DNA from: Tubulanus polymorphus | Lineage: Eukaryota; Animalia; Nemertea | Reading direction: 5' to 3' | Assembly (NCBI RefSeq): GCF_964204645.1 | Contig: NC_134029.1 | Location: forward strand, 9,016,850 to 9,080,849 | Length of the DNA: 64,000 nucleotides | Shown: in pieces, positions 31,801 to 52,407 of the stretch | Numbering within the stretch: the stretch's first letter is position 1 | Layout: each line of letters opens with the position of its first letter | Notes under the pieces: generated by a model | Told to the model about the DNA's origin: nothing | Seen by the model: only the letters and a program-made list of their open reading frames with translations | Databases searched by the model: none | Made by a program: the position numbers and the translations under genes

Positions 31801-33165
31801 CGTACAACCGGGCAAACGGCCGATGTCGTCATCATCGCCTATCATAGTAACGGATTCGAATGGTGACGTCACAACAGTCATCGGGGCCTCCGGTGGAAGC
31901 AAGATACCATCAACCGTTTCATACGTGAGTAATGCTACATCATTAGTTTGTTTTTTTAGGATCAATTGTGTTGATCCTTATAGAATGGTTCTGAGAGTAA
32001 CTTTCTGTTAGCTTTTGATGGCACAAATTGTAACCACTGGATATAAACAGCTGATATTTTGTCATTAGGAGGGAAATAGGTGGTGGGATTGATATGGCAA
32101 GTTTCGTCCATCAGCTCTGAGCTATTTGGATGTGCTGGGAGAGAATATGCAAAATTTCAATGAATTTTCCCCCATTCTACTAATCGATGCTTGACCTAGT
32201 TTCATGAAATTACAGGGAAAGCCCTTCACAAGGGCATCGCTTGTAAATACCTCTAGAAGGGCTTTCACAGTGACATTATCAAGAAATGTTCTCTACCATG
32301 TACTTGTGACTCAAAGGGAAAACCCATTACCATCATGTATATCATCAAAGTTGAACATGCTTGCTACAAAGTGCACCATGATTTCATCTTTATCAGCTCA
32401 CGTTATTGCAAATCCAAGAACAAATCGCGCTCAAAACTAAAATGTACTCAGTTGATCCTACTGGACCCATGGTCCTTTATTAGATCATATCAGCAAAGAA
32501 CAAAAAGCCAAGTGACATGTATAAATACATGCCCAGTCACCCGCAACAATTCTGTTGGATTAGATTCCTTACAACAGAAAACATTTTGCTCCATATTGAA
32601 TTGAATGGCGTGATATGCGTATATGGCGCTTGGGCAGTCGATACGAGTATGTATTTAGAAAAAGACTCGGTTCATCGTTCGGATTTTACTTTTGATTTAG
32701 GGCGTAATTCAACGGATCCATTACGACTCTGAAATCAATGAATATATCATTTTCATTTTCGAATTTCCCTTTTCAATCAGGTGTTGGCAGAACTGTTCTG
32801 GCTCGGTAAAAGTCTGAAAGAAAGCATCGACGCCACTCGACTGCATCACCAGTGGCTGCCGAACGTTATAACCTACGAAGACGATTTTTTTCAAACGGTA
32901 ATAAGTAATTTTTGGGGGCAGCTTTTTTATGCGTATACTGCTACGCATGTTGCGTATTATCTCCGCGCATTCAATTATCTCGCGTATGTCTGATAATATT
33001 GACATTCATTTGCAGATATATTTTCGTATGCTCGAGACCATTGGCCACCAGCTCGAACCGTTGAAAATTCACGGTTCCGTAGTGGAGACCATAACGCGAG
33101 ATCAGAACGGTAGACTTCACACTTACTCTGATACCAGAAAAGACGGTTGCGCGGACGGAATCTAA
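25826..33165 (+). CDS. ggt: Gamma-glutamyltranspeptidase / glutathione hydrolase-like protein (secreted, 11 coding exons)
   Basis: Approximate GT-AG exons: 25826-26097, 26229-26351, 26732-26829, 26991-27183, 27461-27625, 28933-29086, 30252-30389, 31106-31294, 31684-31924, 32781-32897, 33016-33165. Motifs GSAVDA, SSGIGGGFFM, AVPGEV, PPPSSG, GTSHISIV, TTTIN, PGKRPMSS, GASGGSKI, RLHHQWLP, DTRKDG. Confidence 0.93.
27810..28029 (-). mobile_element. MITE family B fragment (fuller inverted copy at ~45917-46234)
   Basis: Shared blocks GAATTCTAGCACG..GATTGCGTTTGAATTGCAACTG, ATGACCCACTTCGCTTT and GGGCCAAA repeats. Confidence 0.6.
28302..28869. mobile_element. Foldback-type element with long TIRs built from ~29-bp subrepeats, in a GGT intron
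   Basis: TATGGTGGCTGATTCGG...CCGAATCAGCCACCATA termini, internal TTTTGGTTTTCTCGCGCGAGAATTCAAAA repeats, and GATACC on both sides. Confidence 0.85.
29541..29706 (+). mobile_element. MITE family A, best-preserved copy (CAGGGCCAA...TTGGCCCTG; hAT-like ends)
   Basis: CAGGGCCAAATTCGGTT / AACCGAAGTTGGCCCTG inverted termini; no clear TSD. Confidence 0.7.
31320..31432 (-). mobile_element. tRNA-derived SINE-like fragment
   Basis: Minus strand has a B-box-like GGTTCAAATTCC; a similar + strand copy lies at ~31561-31650. Confidence 0.4.
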
Positions 33166-33939
33166 AAACCGTAGAAACGAGTGTCCGACTAGATTGTAAA
33201 TGGGGACCAATTGATGGGTTTGCGAATGGCATTTAGAAATGGAAATGCGACGACATGGTTTTTGTTTTTAAGATATCTTTATATGTTTTTGTTAAGAAAA
33301 CATCTTTTTTTGTAAAAAAATATACTCTGTGACCCTTATTACAGGCCTGTTATTACGTTTGATTTTTATTTGATGGAATATTCAAAATTTCATCCGTTTG
33401 AAAGGTAAGAATAAAACATTTACCTCGGTTTTTATAGCGATTTGTATTAATGCACTAAAAATTAGTGATTTTTTTATGTCATTACTTTGCCATTTTGGAT
33501 ATCGTCCGATTTTTACAACAATTTCTTTCGGAAGGATACAACCGTTATATGATATTGTATTTCGTTTCATTCGTGTAAGTTTAACACTTAGTGGTTTATT
33601 AGTGTTGATTGATTGGGTTTGTTTTTTGTGAATTATAACAATTAAATTAAAAACAAAATAACTCAAATAATTCGTTACGTTCAAAATATCTCTACCTCGT
33701 TATCTGCGTTTCAAATCACCCATTAGAATGAGGATCAATTCAGCGAGCCGACAACCTTTCTCCGCAGAAAAAGGTTACAATTCATTCGAATGCAGTGGTT
33801 AACGTTGTTACGAAGATTGATGCCATAAAATAGAGTGAACGTATGACACACATACGCGATTTAATATATTCTGTTTTACATTTTACCACCATTTCGATAC
33901 AATATTCTAAATACATACAAAACAACAATGTCAATGCGT

Positions 33940-40766
<6,827 letters not shown>

Positions 40767-42412
40767 TATCTTGTACCAAGTTCAGGCAAACTCGTTAAGG
40801 CAAGCTCTTTTGCAGCAAACGTTTTTCTATTAAGCCGTCGAAAGAAAAGTTACTTCTCTAACTCAATAAGAATCACACTGAAGCGAAAGTGATCAAGAAT
40901 TCCGAAGTTCTTGTTGACAAATAGACAATTGAAAATATCGAAATGCATGCCAATGTACTATTCAATGATCGGATGATTTCCGTAATTTACCAGTTATAAA
41001 TTCACCTACCTTAAATCCCTATTTTACATCATAGTAACGACTTGTTACGTACGTTTTTGTTGGCTCGGTATCATATTTATCAGAATGATTAAAACACAAC
41101 GGTCAGATTTTAGCTATGGTAACATATGCGACTGGCCATAATCCGTGAACTGGAGCTTTCCTCTACTAAAGGTCAAGTTCGTACTGTTCTAGTCGTCGCA
41201 GATGCTGTTTAAGCGATTGCAATAACTCCAATGACAGTGAATATGTTCTCTGGTCTATTATCATACGTAGTTTGATAGAAAAAAAGTCAAACACGTGTTA
41301 CACGTGTCGCATCAGTTAGCTAGGCGGTGTTCGAATAACCATGTTGAACCTGTCACTTCGACGGAACGATGTTAATCTACATTATTTGTTTTGGTAATGA
41401 CCGCACGACGAGGACTTAAATGTCAACATTCATTACCAGATGTAGGCTTTTCATTCGAATGGAGAAAAAATTACTAAAAATTCCTCGCACTCCTTAAGTT
41501 AATCAATTATGGAATCCTATAGCTAAAATCAAAATGTGTGGTTAATTGATTTAAGCGCACGACCACCATAACGAGGATTATACCATGAAATAGTTCTTCG
41601 TTCGTCTATTTGGTGAACAAACCTCTCTGTTACCAGCGAGATAACGCACAACCAATAGAGCCGAAACTATCGATATTCATTATTAACTGAATCATAGACT
41701 CAATTCAAAGTTTTCATATCGACATGCGATATGAAAAGGTAATGCGGCGGTTATGCATCGGTACTATGGTGATCTTTCCCCTCCCATGCGGCGAGAGAAA
41801 CGTAACTGTCAAAATTGGTTCCCGGTGAAAGTCGTTATTGAACCGTTTCTATATCAAAAGTTAATTAGTAGCAGATATAAAGGTCCGTAACCACCGACAT
41901 GGGGGACATCACAAATTCTCTGAAGTCCAGAACGATGCAGATTAGTTTGTGTAAACCAAAAGCTATTTAGCATCAGCTCGGCACGATGTCCATGATTAAG
42001 GGTGTGGTTTGCTCGATCTGAGAATACTGACTGCGTCAACATGAACCCAAACGACAATGGCTTCTCGCTAAACCAACATCAATTTGTTACTGAGTTTGTT
42101 GTCTTTTTTCATCGAACAGCCGACGAGAGACGACTTAATAATGTACTCCGTACGTATTGGACAGGTAAACACGCGAACAACAAATTACATAAAGCTACAT
42201 TAATCTTCTGATGTTTGCGGTTATATTTCTTTATCAAGAATAATGACGAGATAAATCATCTGATTATGTTGGAGCTACGGTTCTCCCCTGCCCGTGATAC
42301 ATTTGAGTACCTAGTTGTTATACGTACATATCTAATGTATACACATGGAGCAATAAACAGAATTGTGATGCAATAAACCGAATTGAATAAGATTGCGATA
42401 TTTCATCGTGGC

Positions 42413-45400
42413 CTATGCAATAACTCGCAGCGTACATAGCCAGAAAAATAAATTGAAAAGCGCGAACACGAAAGGAAATGCGATTCTAGCTCCGATTTCT
42501 ACTTCCATGTATCTTTTATATTTTCGTTGTTTGTTCTTTTCAAATTTGCCGCAGCGTGGGTCGACCTCGGAATCGGTAGGTTTTTCATTTGTCTCCGTAG
42601 TTACTTGTTCAACTTTTTCCTACGAATTTACAATCAACATAAATTTATTTATATCTTAAAAGATTCAACCGTTTTTCGTTTTGGGTGACAGCCAACGTCG
42701 GTTATCGGAGTAAGTCGACTGTTCGAACTAAGTGAAACCGAATGTCAGTTAGTCGGAAAATTAAACGCATTCGGTTATTAGTTCCGACCACTAGTCGACT
42801 AGATGCGAAAACCGAATTCAGCCCATACTGTACCCTCTCGCGTTGCTTCATTTCAGCTGCTCTTAGTTCCTCTTTCCGAACGAGAACATTCACGACGGCA
42901 AATTCTAACAGCGCGGCAAACACGAATATCAGACAGACGGCCATCCAAACGTCAATCGCCTTGAATGCGTGACAAGAAAAGAAAAGCACAATGCATCTAA
43001 TTATCTAAGCTAATATGAACAGAAGTTTGAATAGTAAATTTGGCGAGATAGCTCTCAAATTTGCCGCACCCGTACTATGGATGGCCTGCTATCTACTTGC
43101 AGTCGAATCTTTAAAATCAAATCTGAAAACTATGGTGACTGATTTGGGACATTCTTAAGAATTTCTCTTTACGGCTAGGAAAAAGAATTCTTACAATGGT
43201 TCAGTTTTTGTTTTTATACATTCAAAACTTAATGTTTTTCTCGCGTGAGAATTCAAAAAAAGAAACGAACAATTGACCTGGTAAAGAAATATCATCTTGC
43301 ATTTAGCCATACAGAAAGATTATTTAATATATCCGGAATATCCTAGACGAACCCATTTGTCCTTATTTTCATCAAATTAATAATTTCATGTCGAATATTC
43401 CACCGAGGAGTGCATTTTAGTTTAGATAATGTCTCATTTTATGTTGAGTGCAAAGTAAAGGTCCTAGTATTCTAGTGCATTACATTTCATTTTATTGAAC
43501 ACGGTTCTGAGATGCATTTCATCAATTTTCCATCTCTCTGTCCAGTGTTACGTATTGCCCAATTATCTCGTGACCTACGATATGTTACAAATGCAAGTCC
43601 CGACAAATAACTCGCAGGAATTGTTTATTCGGCAATCTGTTCAACCACTTGAGTGCAGTTAAGTTAAGTTAAGTTAAGTTAAGTTAAGTTAAGTTAAGTT
43701 AAGTTAAGTTAAGTTAAGTTAAGTTAAGTTAAGTTAAGTTTATTTTGCATAATAGATTGATATAAAGATATGTAATTATACAATACGATACAGTATGAAA
43801 ATATAATAACAATCAATCACTGTAGCAATAGATTTTGCGAGGAATTAGGAACAGCCAAAGTTGGCTTACACTAGTCCTAACCCCTCGTCCATTCACTCCC
43901 ACATGCACACGTTACCAAACATTAGGATACATACATATATTCAAAATGGAAGAACAAGCAAGTAGCACGCAAAGGGTATCAATCAATATTTAGAAGTAAG
44001 GAAATGATGAAGACTATTTTTAAAAGCTGATGGAGATTGAGGGCATTTGAGGCTTGTGCTTAAACTGTTCCAGAATTTGGCCCCTTGGATTTTGACAGAC
44101 TTGTATTTGTAATTGGAGTTGTTATTTTGCGTAGATGAGTAGTCGCTGTTGAATGCATGTCTTCAACACAATTGAATAGGATGCACATAAAGTAGGATTT
44201 TTTTTTCAAGGGCCTACACATCATTTACGCATAAAATGAAGTTGAATTATCTACAAAATGCCAATGCATTTCCGATATATTGGAGGAGTTATAGAACTCT
44301 CGGTAACGTGTGAATTGTAACGAGTTTATTCAGTTTCGAAGTGTAATAGTTTTGTGCTGCTGTTTTACTTGCCCATAAAACATATTTCTAGACTAATAGT
44401 CAGGGGCCGGTTTCACAAAGCGTAATTAACCCTTAATTATGATTAAATCACTAATCATGACTAAATTATCATGATTTAATCAAGTTAGGTGTTTCACAAA
44501 ACGTAATTAACTTTAATTATAATTAAGTTAATTACAAAATTTAATTCTCCTCTAGAGTGTAATTAAACCATTTAATCATCATTAGTTTATTATTAAAAAC
44601 AAAAAGCTGCAGATATTATTCATGGAATTTGGTGTTTATTAATTGACGACGGCAATTCCTACACTCATTCAGTTTTTCAGATTGTTTGGCTCAAATAATT
44701 AGGATTTTTTGCCTTTTGTAAAAAAGGCATGTCAATACTCTAAATTCTATTGATTATTTTCAAACGTCCTATGTCTTTTTGTCAGCACGACCACCACATA
44801 CTTAGAAGTATTGAATTAATTGATTTTGTCCATACATATGATAGATTTCTGTCAGTAGAGTACATATCTATGGAGTTAGTGTTAAAAAGTGTTAATCACT
44901 GCTCGGAAATAAACCCCATTTACGAGGATTTTATTTTGCTGACTGGAGGTGAGTTTCTATTTAAAAACTTTTGAGACATCTTGCTAAGTTTTTCCACTGG
45001 TTCCTAAGACCTTTCAGAGCAAACTTTAACTCCCAAAGGAGTGAATTTCTCTTTTCCTCTAAACAAGGAAGGTTGTTGATGCTTGGACAGCAAATGGCTG
45101 TCTAAAGTTCCGCCATTTTGATACAGTTAAATTGTAATTAAGTTGCCTAATTGTGTAATTAGTTAATTTTGTAATTAAACCCTTTCGTGAAACCGAATTT
45201 TAATCGCAATTAACTAATCATGATTAAGGAAATTTAATCATGATTTAGGTCCTAATTATAATTAAAGTTAATAATGCTTTGTGAAACCGGCCCCAGAATA
45301 ATAGGTTGAAAATAGAATAGTTTATCGCATAATTTTCAACCTCTTTTGCTTTGACATTGCAGGCAGAACAGTGTTGATCAATGAAAGAAGTAATTGCTGA

Positions 45401-48400
45401 TTTCAACATTCATGTCCATCATTATCTTATATATTTTACATTCTTTTTTGTAATCTTGTATTTGTAAGAGTGTTTGAATTGTGCATATAAAAATGTTTAA
45501 TTTTGTATTTGTACTATATATAGTTCTATGAAAATAAATCAATATCAATATCGTTCATTAGCTATACCTACTTTAACGTACGACACCTTTGGAAGTTGCG
45601 CTACGATGCCAGATATTTGGGTAGTCATCGTCAGCACGGTGAGCAGTCCGAGCGAAATTCGAGCGGGTGTGGCATGAGGGTCGAGCCAAAACGACACCCA
45701 GGACAGCATCACGATCAGTATGCTGGGTATAAATGTCTGGATCAGGTAAAACCCGTATTCACGCGTCAAATGTAACCGCACTAGCACACAAGGAAAAGTT
45801 CCTATAAAGTATTAATATGAATCTTAGAGATGAGCATTCGCGGAAAATTTGCATGATCAATTTCAATTTCTGTGTCGACTCAGAACAATGCACCCCTGGC
45901 CTTCTTTCAAGTAGGTAAGCCACGATCACACGGAGACGACTTGGTACGGGCCAAATTGGCACGGATATGGCTCGAGGCAAATCTGGCCCGTGTCTCACGC
46001 GTAAACCACCCACTCGATACTAAAACAATGCTAAAAGAAAGCGAAGTGGGTCATTCCAGAAACAGTTGCAATTCAAACGCAATCGTTTCTCCCGTGCTAG
46101 AATTTGGCTCCTCAGGCCAGGACCGACGTTTTTGGTCGGGCCAAACTGGCGCGCGTGTGAACCGTTTTTCTGGGCCAAACTAAGCACGGGCCAATTGGGC
46201 CAAACGGGCCAAAATCGTTCATGTGATCACGGTTATGTACGGAATACACGAAAAGCTGTGTTAAATAATTTCTATAGAGGATATGTACCGAGTCCATATT
46301 CTTTTGAACAGTTTTCGTAAGTCTTATTGATATTCTTGTTGAATTCTGGCAACTCCATCTCCGAATTGAAGACGACCGGATTCGTAACGTTACGCCAATG
46401 AAAAGCCACGTCTTTAGTCGTAAAACCAACTGCAAAACAAATGCAAATATGCGTTTCTCACTCGAAATTAGAATCAAACGTTCATCTCGACTTTCGAGTG
46501 GCAATGGTGAAGGAACTCACATGATTCCATTTCAATCGAGCATGCCTGGTTGTCCAAAGGGTAAAATTCTAGCTCCATGTTGCATGTAAGTACGAGAGCC
46601 AGTCTGAAAAAAATGAATTCATCATTTGATATGAAATACGCGTAGAGCAATATAGGGAAATTTTGACAATATCCACCATTAGAAATAAGAAATTGCGAAT
46701 ACGGCTACCTTTGACTGAATACTATGTCGCCTTCTGGGGACACCCTTAGCAACTTATTAGGGACTGTGATCTCGTGCATTTTAGCTTGTTTCGCGTTTCT
46801 GAAGTACACATCGGGTACCCAGATATGCGATGATCTAGCGTGGCCCAAATTTAGGCTTTCGTTAAACATCTGCTTGAACGCCAGTCGAGAGTCGCGCCAA
46901 CGCTGTCTCAAATTCAAATCCACTTCGAATTGCTGCGTGTAGTATGATAAGAAATCGTTGTTGAGCATGTGCAAATAAAAGATATCTTAACGTTACTTTC
47001 AGTTCGCAAAGGTTGTGAAGAAGGAGAAACATTCATGTTTCTCCTATTTCAGTCAATAATTGGAATAACAGAAAAAAAGTGAATAAGATACAAAATATTG
47101 TGTATTTGAAACTGATACATCGATAATAGAAATGATATATAATTTAAGTTCATCAAGCGAGGACTACAGAGCTAATTGGAATACAATAAAAACTTATGTT
47201 TTATAAAAGAGTGAATGGGGATCTCGAGGGACCGCCACAAAATGGCGCCCATATAGAAACTGGAAACTTCTCTATTGAATTTGTTTAATCCTATAAAGAC
47301 TTTCCCCAGACAAGATAGCGAATACACTGACATTGATATTCCAACACTTACCATATTGACAGCGTCGATAGAACCAAAATGATTTATGTACATTTCCATT
47401 ATTACGTTGACAGGCTCTCCTGGTGAAAATGATTTTTTACACATTATTGAGCTTTTATTACAGTGAAAGCACCGATGAATAAAACATTGAAGTCGTCAAA
47501 AGAAGACGAGTACAGTATATATCGTCGTGCTATGCATACTGACCGTCATTAGCATTGGGCCTTATATCTTTCTTATAGCCCAACATCAGTTCGTCGAGAA
47601 ACAGGTCGGTATCTGAGTTCTTAGTCGTGCTGTGAGTTGACTTGAATATGCTGATGAGCCGTACAGGTAAAAACAATTAAATACAGTAGACTCCGCTTAA
47701 TTCGGATCATTTTGGACCAACAACAAAATTCTTACGGGAAATTAGGATTAAAAGTTATTTTCTTGTATATCAATGAACAAATGGACTGCAAATATTGTCC
47801 GGATTTAGTGGGTTTGACTGTGATTAGTCATTTCGTTCAAGAACTTATCAGTTGGTCAGAGCATAACATCCTATTACTGTGTTATTATTATTAACAAGTT
47901 TCTGTAATCAAAAACTTGAATACGAACGCCGACGCTGTTTTGATAAACTGTCAAATACAAAAAGTTCCTTGTCAAAATCGGCTCCGTTATTCGAAAGAAA
48001 GCGATAGGGCCAGATAATGATAAATTTTCAGTAACGTATTGGTTCATTGTAGCTTCTTTTCATATTGACCTTAATGAACTTTCAATTAATCACGGGAGAG
48101 CAAAATGTGCTCGTCGTGTAGCGAAGATCACGTCTAGTTGATAATTTTCGATATTCCATATGGACAATTAGCTAATCCCTGATTTCCCAAAATGACGATT
48201 AATGACTTGAATGATTAGATTATGTAACAGGGTTAATTGAAAAAAATGTATCGTTATGATTTGCTTGAAAACATTTTTTTTAAAACAGCGATTTCAATCG
48301 TTTTCAGGAAAGATCTAAATTTTCGCCACCGAAACAACTGGCTTTTGATAAGATTTTTACTCCCCGACTGAACCAAAATAGTGCTCTTCCACTAAACAAA

Positions 48401-48517
48401 CCATCTAAGCAGTTGGAAAGAAGTATTGAGACTAAGAATAGTGTTATTTTACCTTAAAAGCAAAATTCCGAACGATAAAAGCGAACGACCCCTCCAAATA
48501 TCCATAGCACGCCCCAT
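42413..48517 (-). CDS. Cys-loop ligand-gated anion channel subunit 2 (GlyR/GluCl-like)
   Basis: Approximate exons: 48453-48517, 47544-47665, 47353-47420, 46709-46933, 46521-46603 ([15 protein letters not shown]), 46288-46429, 45572-45801 ([17 protein letters not shown]), 42834-42959, 42413-42619. The first two exons are less certain. Confidence 0.9.
43657..44400 (-). mobile_element. Decayed LINE 3' end (CR1/L2-group) with (AACTT)n tail
   Basis: Minus frame [39 protein letters not shown], then a UTR and a pentanucleotide run at 43657-43740. Confidence 0.65.
44404..45293. mobile_element. Non-autonomous PIF/Harbinger-type element, 890 bp
   Basis: TIR GGGCCGGTTTCACAAAGC / GCTTTGTGAAACCGGCCC, 3-bp CAG duplication on both sides, and TAATTA-rich subterminal repeats. 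Confidence 0.85.
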
Positions 48518-51466
48518 CAGTCCAGAAAGTTCAGAACGAAACAACAAATAGATATCGCTATGTGTCTCTCCAATATAACGTGAGTCACTTGAAAAACCCG
48601 ATAGAAATTCCGCTCAACACAATTTTTTACGTCACAAGCCGACAAAATCTACCGAAATCTCAATTTGAATTCTGCACTATCTTTTTTGTCCTATCTTTGG
48701 GAAGCCACCAGAGGAATCGATTTGCAAAGCTTAATGTCCCTGAAGAAATCTGTTTCAAGCCGTTATCCGTGGAATACTGTATAATGATTATTCGCTAGGC
48801 CTACTTAGCCTCGGATAATTCCTCCGTTCGGCAATTCAGCAGTCTCACTAACTCGCAGTTCAGGCAACTTGAAGCCTCTTCGCGCTATAACGGATTTCAA
48901 TAATCAAATTGCCTGATTAAGGGTTTTTATCGGTAATTGTCAATTTCTGCGAAGCAACAACCGAGAGTCTTGCAAACATTTTAAAAACGTTCAGCGTCAC
49001 AATCACATAAAACTATAAATGTTGTATTTGATTTACTTGGCGTGTCGTCACGAAAGATGGGTAAGCGACTGACGATTTCCCCCACAAACTCTAGATAAAG
49101 TTTAGCATTCCCAACGTATGTATCCATGGCCTTATCGGCATACTTGCACGGGAATTATGGCCTACATCAGCGGCGTACTGTGCTTGAATCTGTCGTGTTT
49201 ATGGCGCTGCTTTTAATTGGTATTCGGGACTCAAATTCCCAAGGTTGAAATTCAGCGAGGAAAATATATTTCACATGTTTATCATTCATCAATCTCGTAG
49301 AATCTAATACACACATTTCCAAACCTCTGCCTTCTTTTCATATGGATTGGTCAATTAGTACGTCCACACGATAGGAAGGCGATCAGTGAAAATGCAAGCA
49401 AATGCGTGTGGGGGAGGGAGGGGTATTGACAGGCCTAGTACGTACGCATCATTTGATGCCTTTTTGATACCGAGCATTGAGTTTACAATGTGTTACAACT
49501 CAATAAAACACTTATTTTTGTCGTTCTAACGATCATCGTGAAGGCCGCGTCGCCAGAATTTACAAAATTGCAATGAGGATTCTGATCGTGTCCAGTTCGT
49601 GTTTATTTTTTGCGTACATATTTATTGAACGATCCCTAAGACATGTCATACACGTCCTCCCTTGCAAAAAAGATTTCCCGATGACGACACTAATTTACGC
49701 AAGTCATCCAGAAAATAAAAATTCAATTTCAATTGATATTCTCGTATTCGCAAAATACTGCCCTGCACCATCGAAACGACTCGTAAGTAAAAGGTAAGTT
49801 CTCGATCCTGAGAAACTTGAACAACAACGACAAATTTTGATTCGAACGATTCCGACGATTTATTTCACCATAAAAGTAATAAATGCAGAAAGAATTTTTT
49901 TTATTTTTTAGCTCACACGTAAATGTATTTACATTGCAATTTGAATATGAATTTTAATAATATTCATCAATTACTTTAAGATAGTACAAATGATAGAAGA
50001 GCGTAGAATGAAACAATATTTATCATATCGTTATAAATCGAGTCAAACCGACAGGCAACTGTGGTGAGCGATTCCAGCCCAAACTTTGGTTCGATCGGCC
50101 CCAGCGACTACGGTAATAAGATTTTGCGGCGGACAGATAAACATGTATTCATATTTATCGGAGATCCGAACCAAGTGGAGTCTGCTTTATCATTGGGGCC
50201 CTAATCGACCATATAGTAAAAGATCCAAAGGGCCGTGAATAAAGCACGTATATACGCCTGTAAGTACGAAAACGAAAGGGAGGGAGGCTAGGGGTCAGCT
50301 CAAAGCGTCCAACCTATTTAAAGGGGGATGGTTAATGTTAAAAGTACGTATTTTGTGCACGAAACACGATGTGATTTTAACAAATATCTCTGTCTGCAGT
50401 AGTTCTTGTGTTCGTTATCAGAAAATAAATCGTTTGTATTCGAGTTTATGCCTTTTTTCATTCAGACGAGGTTAAGGATTCGAACCTTAAGCTGATGACC
50501 TTTATAGCTCATTAACATTGTCTCATTGTTTCAATGAACTGTATTCATTGTACTGGGGATGGGAGGTGTCGAGTAAAGTGCGTAATATACGCATAGGGGT
50601 TCCTCAGAAATGTACTAAAAGCGTACATGGGGGAAGGGGGGTTGAAAATCGAGAATTTTGAGCGTCCGTTCTTTGTGCGCGGTCCCTAATCATAATCTGA
50701 CAACGCGGCGATAACATGTGTGGTACCAAAAAATCAACCATTTAGAGCCACTCGCTTTAATCAATGGGATACCGGCACTCACCAGATGGCACCACAAAAC
50801 ACTAGGCCATTCGTAGTGAAAATCAGTTCATTTTCAATCCGAAATTTATCAATCGAGTCATCGGATAGATTTAAGATTGCCTTTCTCACTCAGTATATGG
50901 TATAGATTTCACTGAAAATTGATTTACCACAATGAAAAATTGGATTCCAATTTGACTAAAATGTAGAAGGAAATTGAAGCGCGGTGGCCCGGTGCAACTA
51001 GCGGCACAGGCGGAATCCTCGCTTGCCACAGTAGCGTTGCCGGTATCCCATTAAATTTCATAAGATTCGCAACAGACGTTACATGATATAAACTATAGGC
51101 CATTAAATATTACAGTATATAGTTTATGCTTCGATAAGTTGATTATGCTTTTTACATGCGAAACAAAACAAGATGCACATATATTCACTTTACTTCGATA
51201 CTTTCGGGTGCGGGAACAACCTACCAGGTAAACGCCAATGAGACAAAAATGAATTGCTAATCGCTTTCCGTAAACCCAAAGCACACAGCTAACTCGAAAA
51301 AAAACATACTCCGAAAAGGGAAGTGCTGTTTGTGATTACTAGCACATTTATCTCGCGAAACAAAAAACACGTTCGATTGCATGCTATGTGCGATGTCAGA
51401 GTAGCTAAACAAGAAACGTCGATGCACTATAGGCAGTCAGTAAAATCGAGCTCATCGCATGACATC

Positions 51467-51793
51467 CATCTTCACCCGTCAAGGGATTCGAACCCACTAC
51501 GCTAAAGCTGTTCCCCGAACCCCTTGACCTCACGAGTCGTTGGAGTTGTTACTAGCCGACCGGAATCCAGTCGTACCAATCACAGCGCTTGTAACAAACG
51601 ACATTGGGCTTCTGTTGGTTTTTCCCGTTAAATGGACCAATCAGCGAACGTTTTACCGAACAAGGAATTATTTCGCAAATCGATGTATGACGTCATGCGC
51701 AACAGCGCCAGTAATGAAATCACGCTTCGTGAGGCCAGGGCGCTGGTGGAAGCGAGTTCGGGAGTGATACCGGACCCCTGGCAAGCGAGGATG
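51467..51793. mobile_element. ~327-bp non-autonomous DNA transposon family C, copy 1 (8-bp TSD ATGACATC)
   Basis: Imperfect CATCYTC... termini; ATGACATC at 51459-51466 and 51794-51801; inverted homologue at 62731-63058. Confidence 0.8.
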
Positions 51794-52407
51794 ATGACAT
51801 CAAAATCACTGCCGTTTTGGCATTACATGTTCGATTAATACTTTTTCCCGTCGCTAGTGGCGCTGTAAGTTTGTTGCAATATGTTTTTTGTCGCATTGTG
51901 TGGACGTAGCCGAATCAAACATCGCGAAACACATAGCAATAAATGTGTTTCTTGTTTTGTTTTGCAAAATATGCTTGTGAATCATAACATGTGGTGCAAC
52001 CAGGCGTATCATATGGTTACGCACGTTCCCATAGTATTATGTGTATGCAAAACACGTATGAATATCTCTAGAACGATAGTGTAATACAAAAGACGTTTCT
52101 CAAATATAGTGAAATGTTTAACACGTTTCTCAAGAACAGTGTAGTGTTTAACACATTTCGAACATGTATGCCGAGCCGACAATTCTACGGAGTAGAATCC
52201 GCTTCATTCGGATCGTTGGGGACTAACAAAATTCATCCGGTTCACGGGAAATCCGCATTAAAATGGCATACCTGTTCAATACACATAATCATAAATTCAT
52301 GGATTTTTGATAAAATGTTAATGCAATTATTCATCCCTTTTAATGCTGCGACTAATCTACTTGACGTGGAAGATTATATATCGAATACCTCGTGACCTTA
52401 CGCGACA

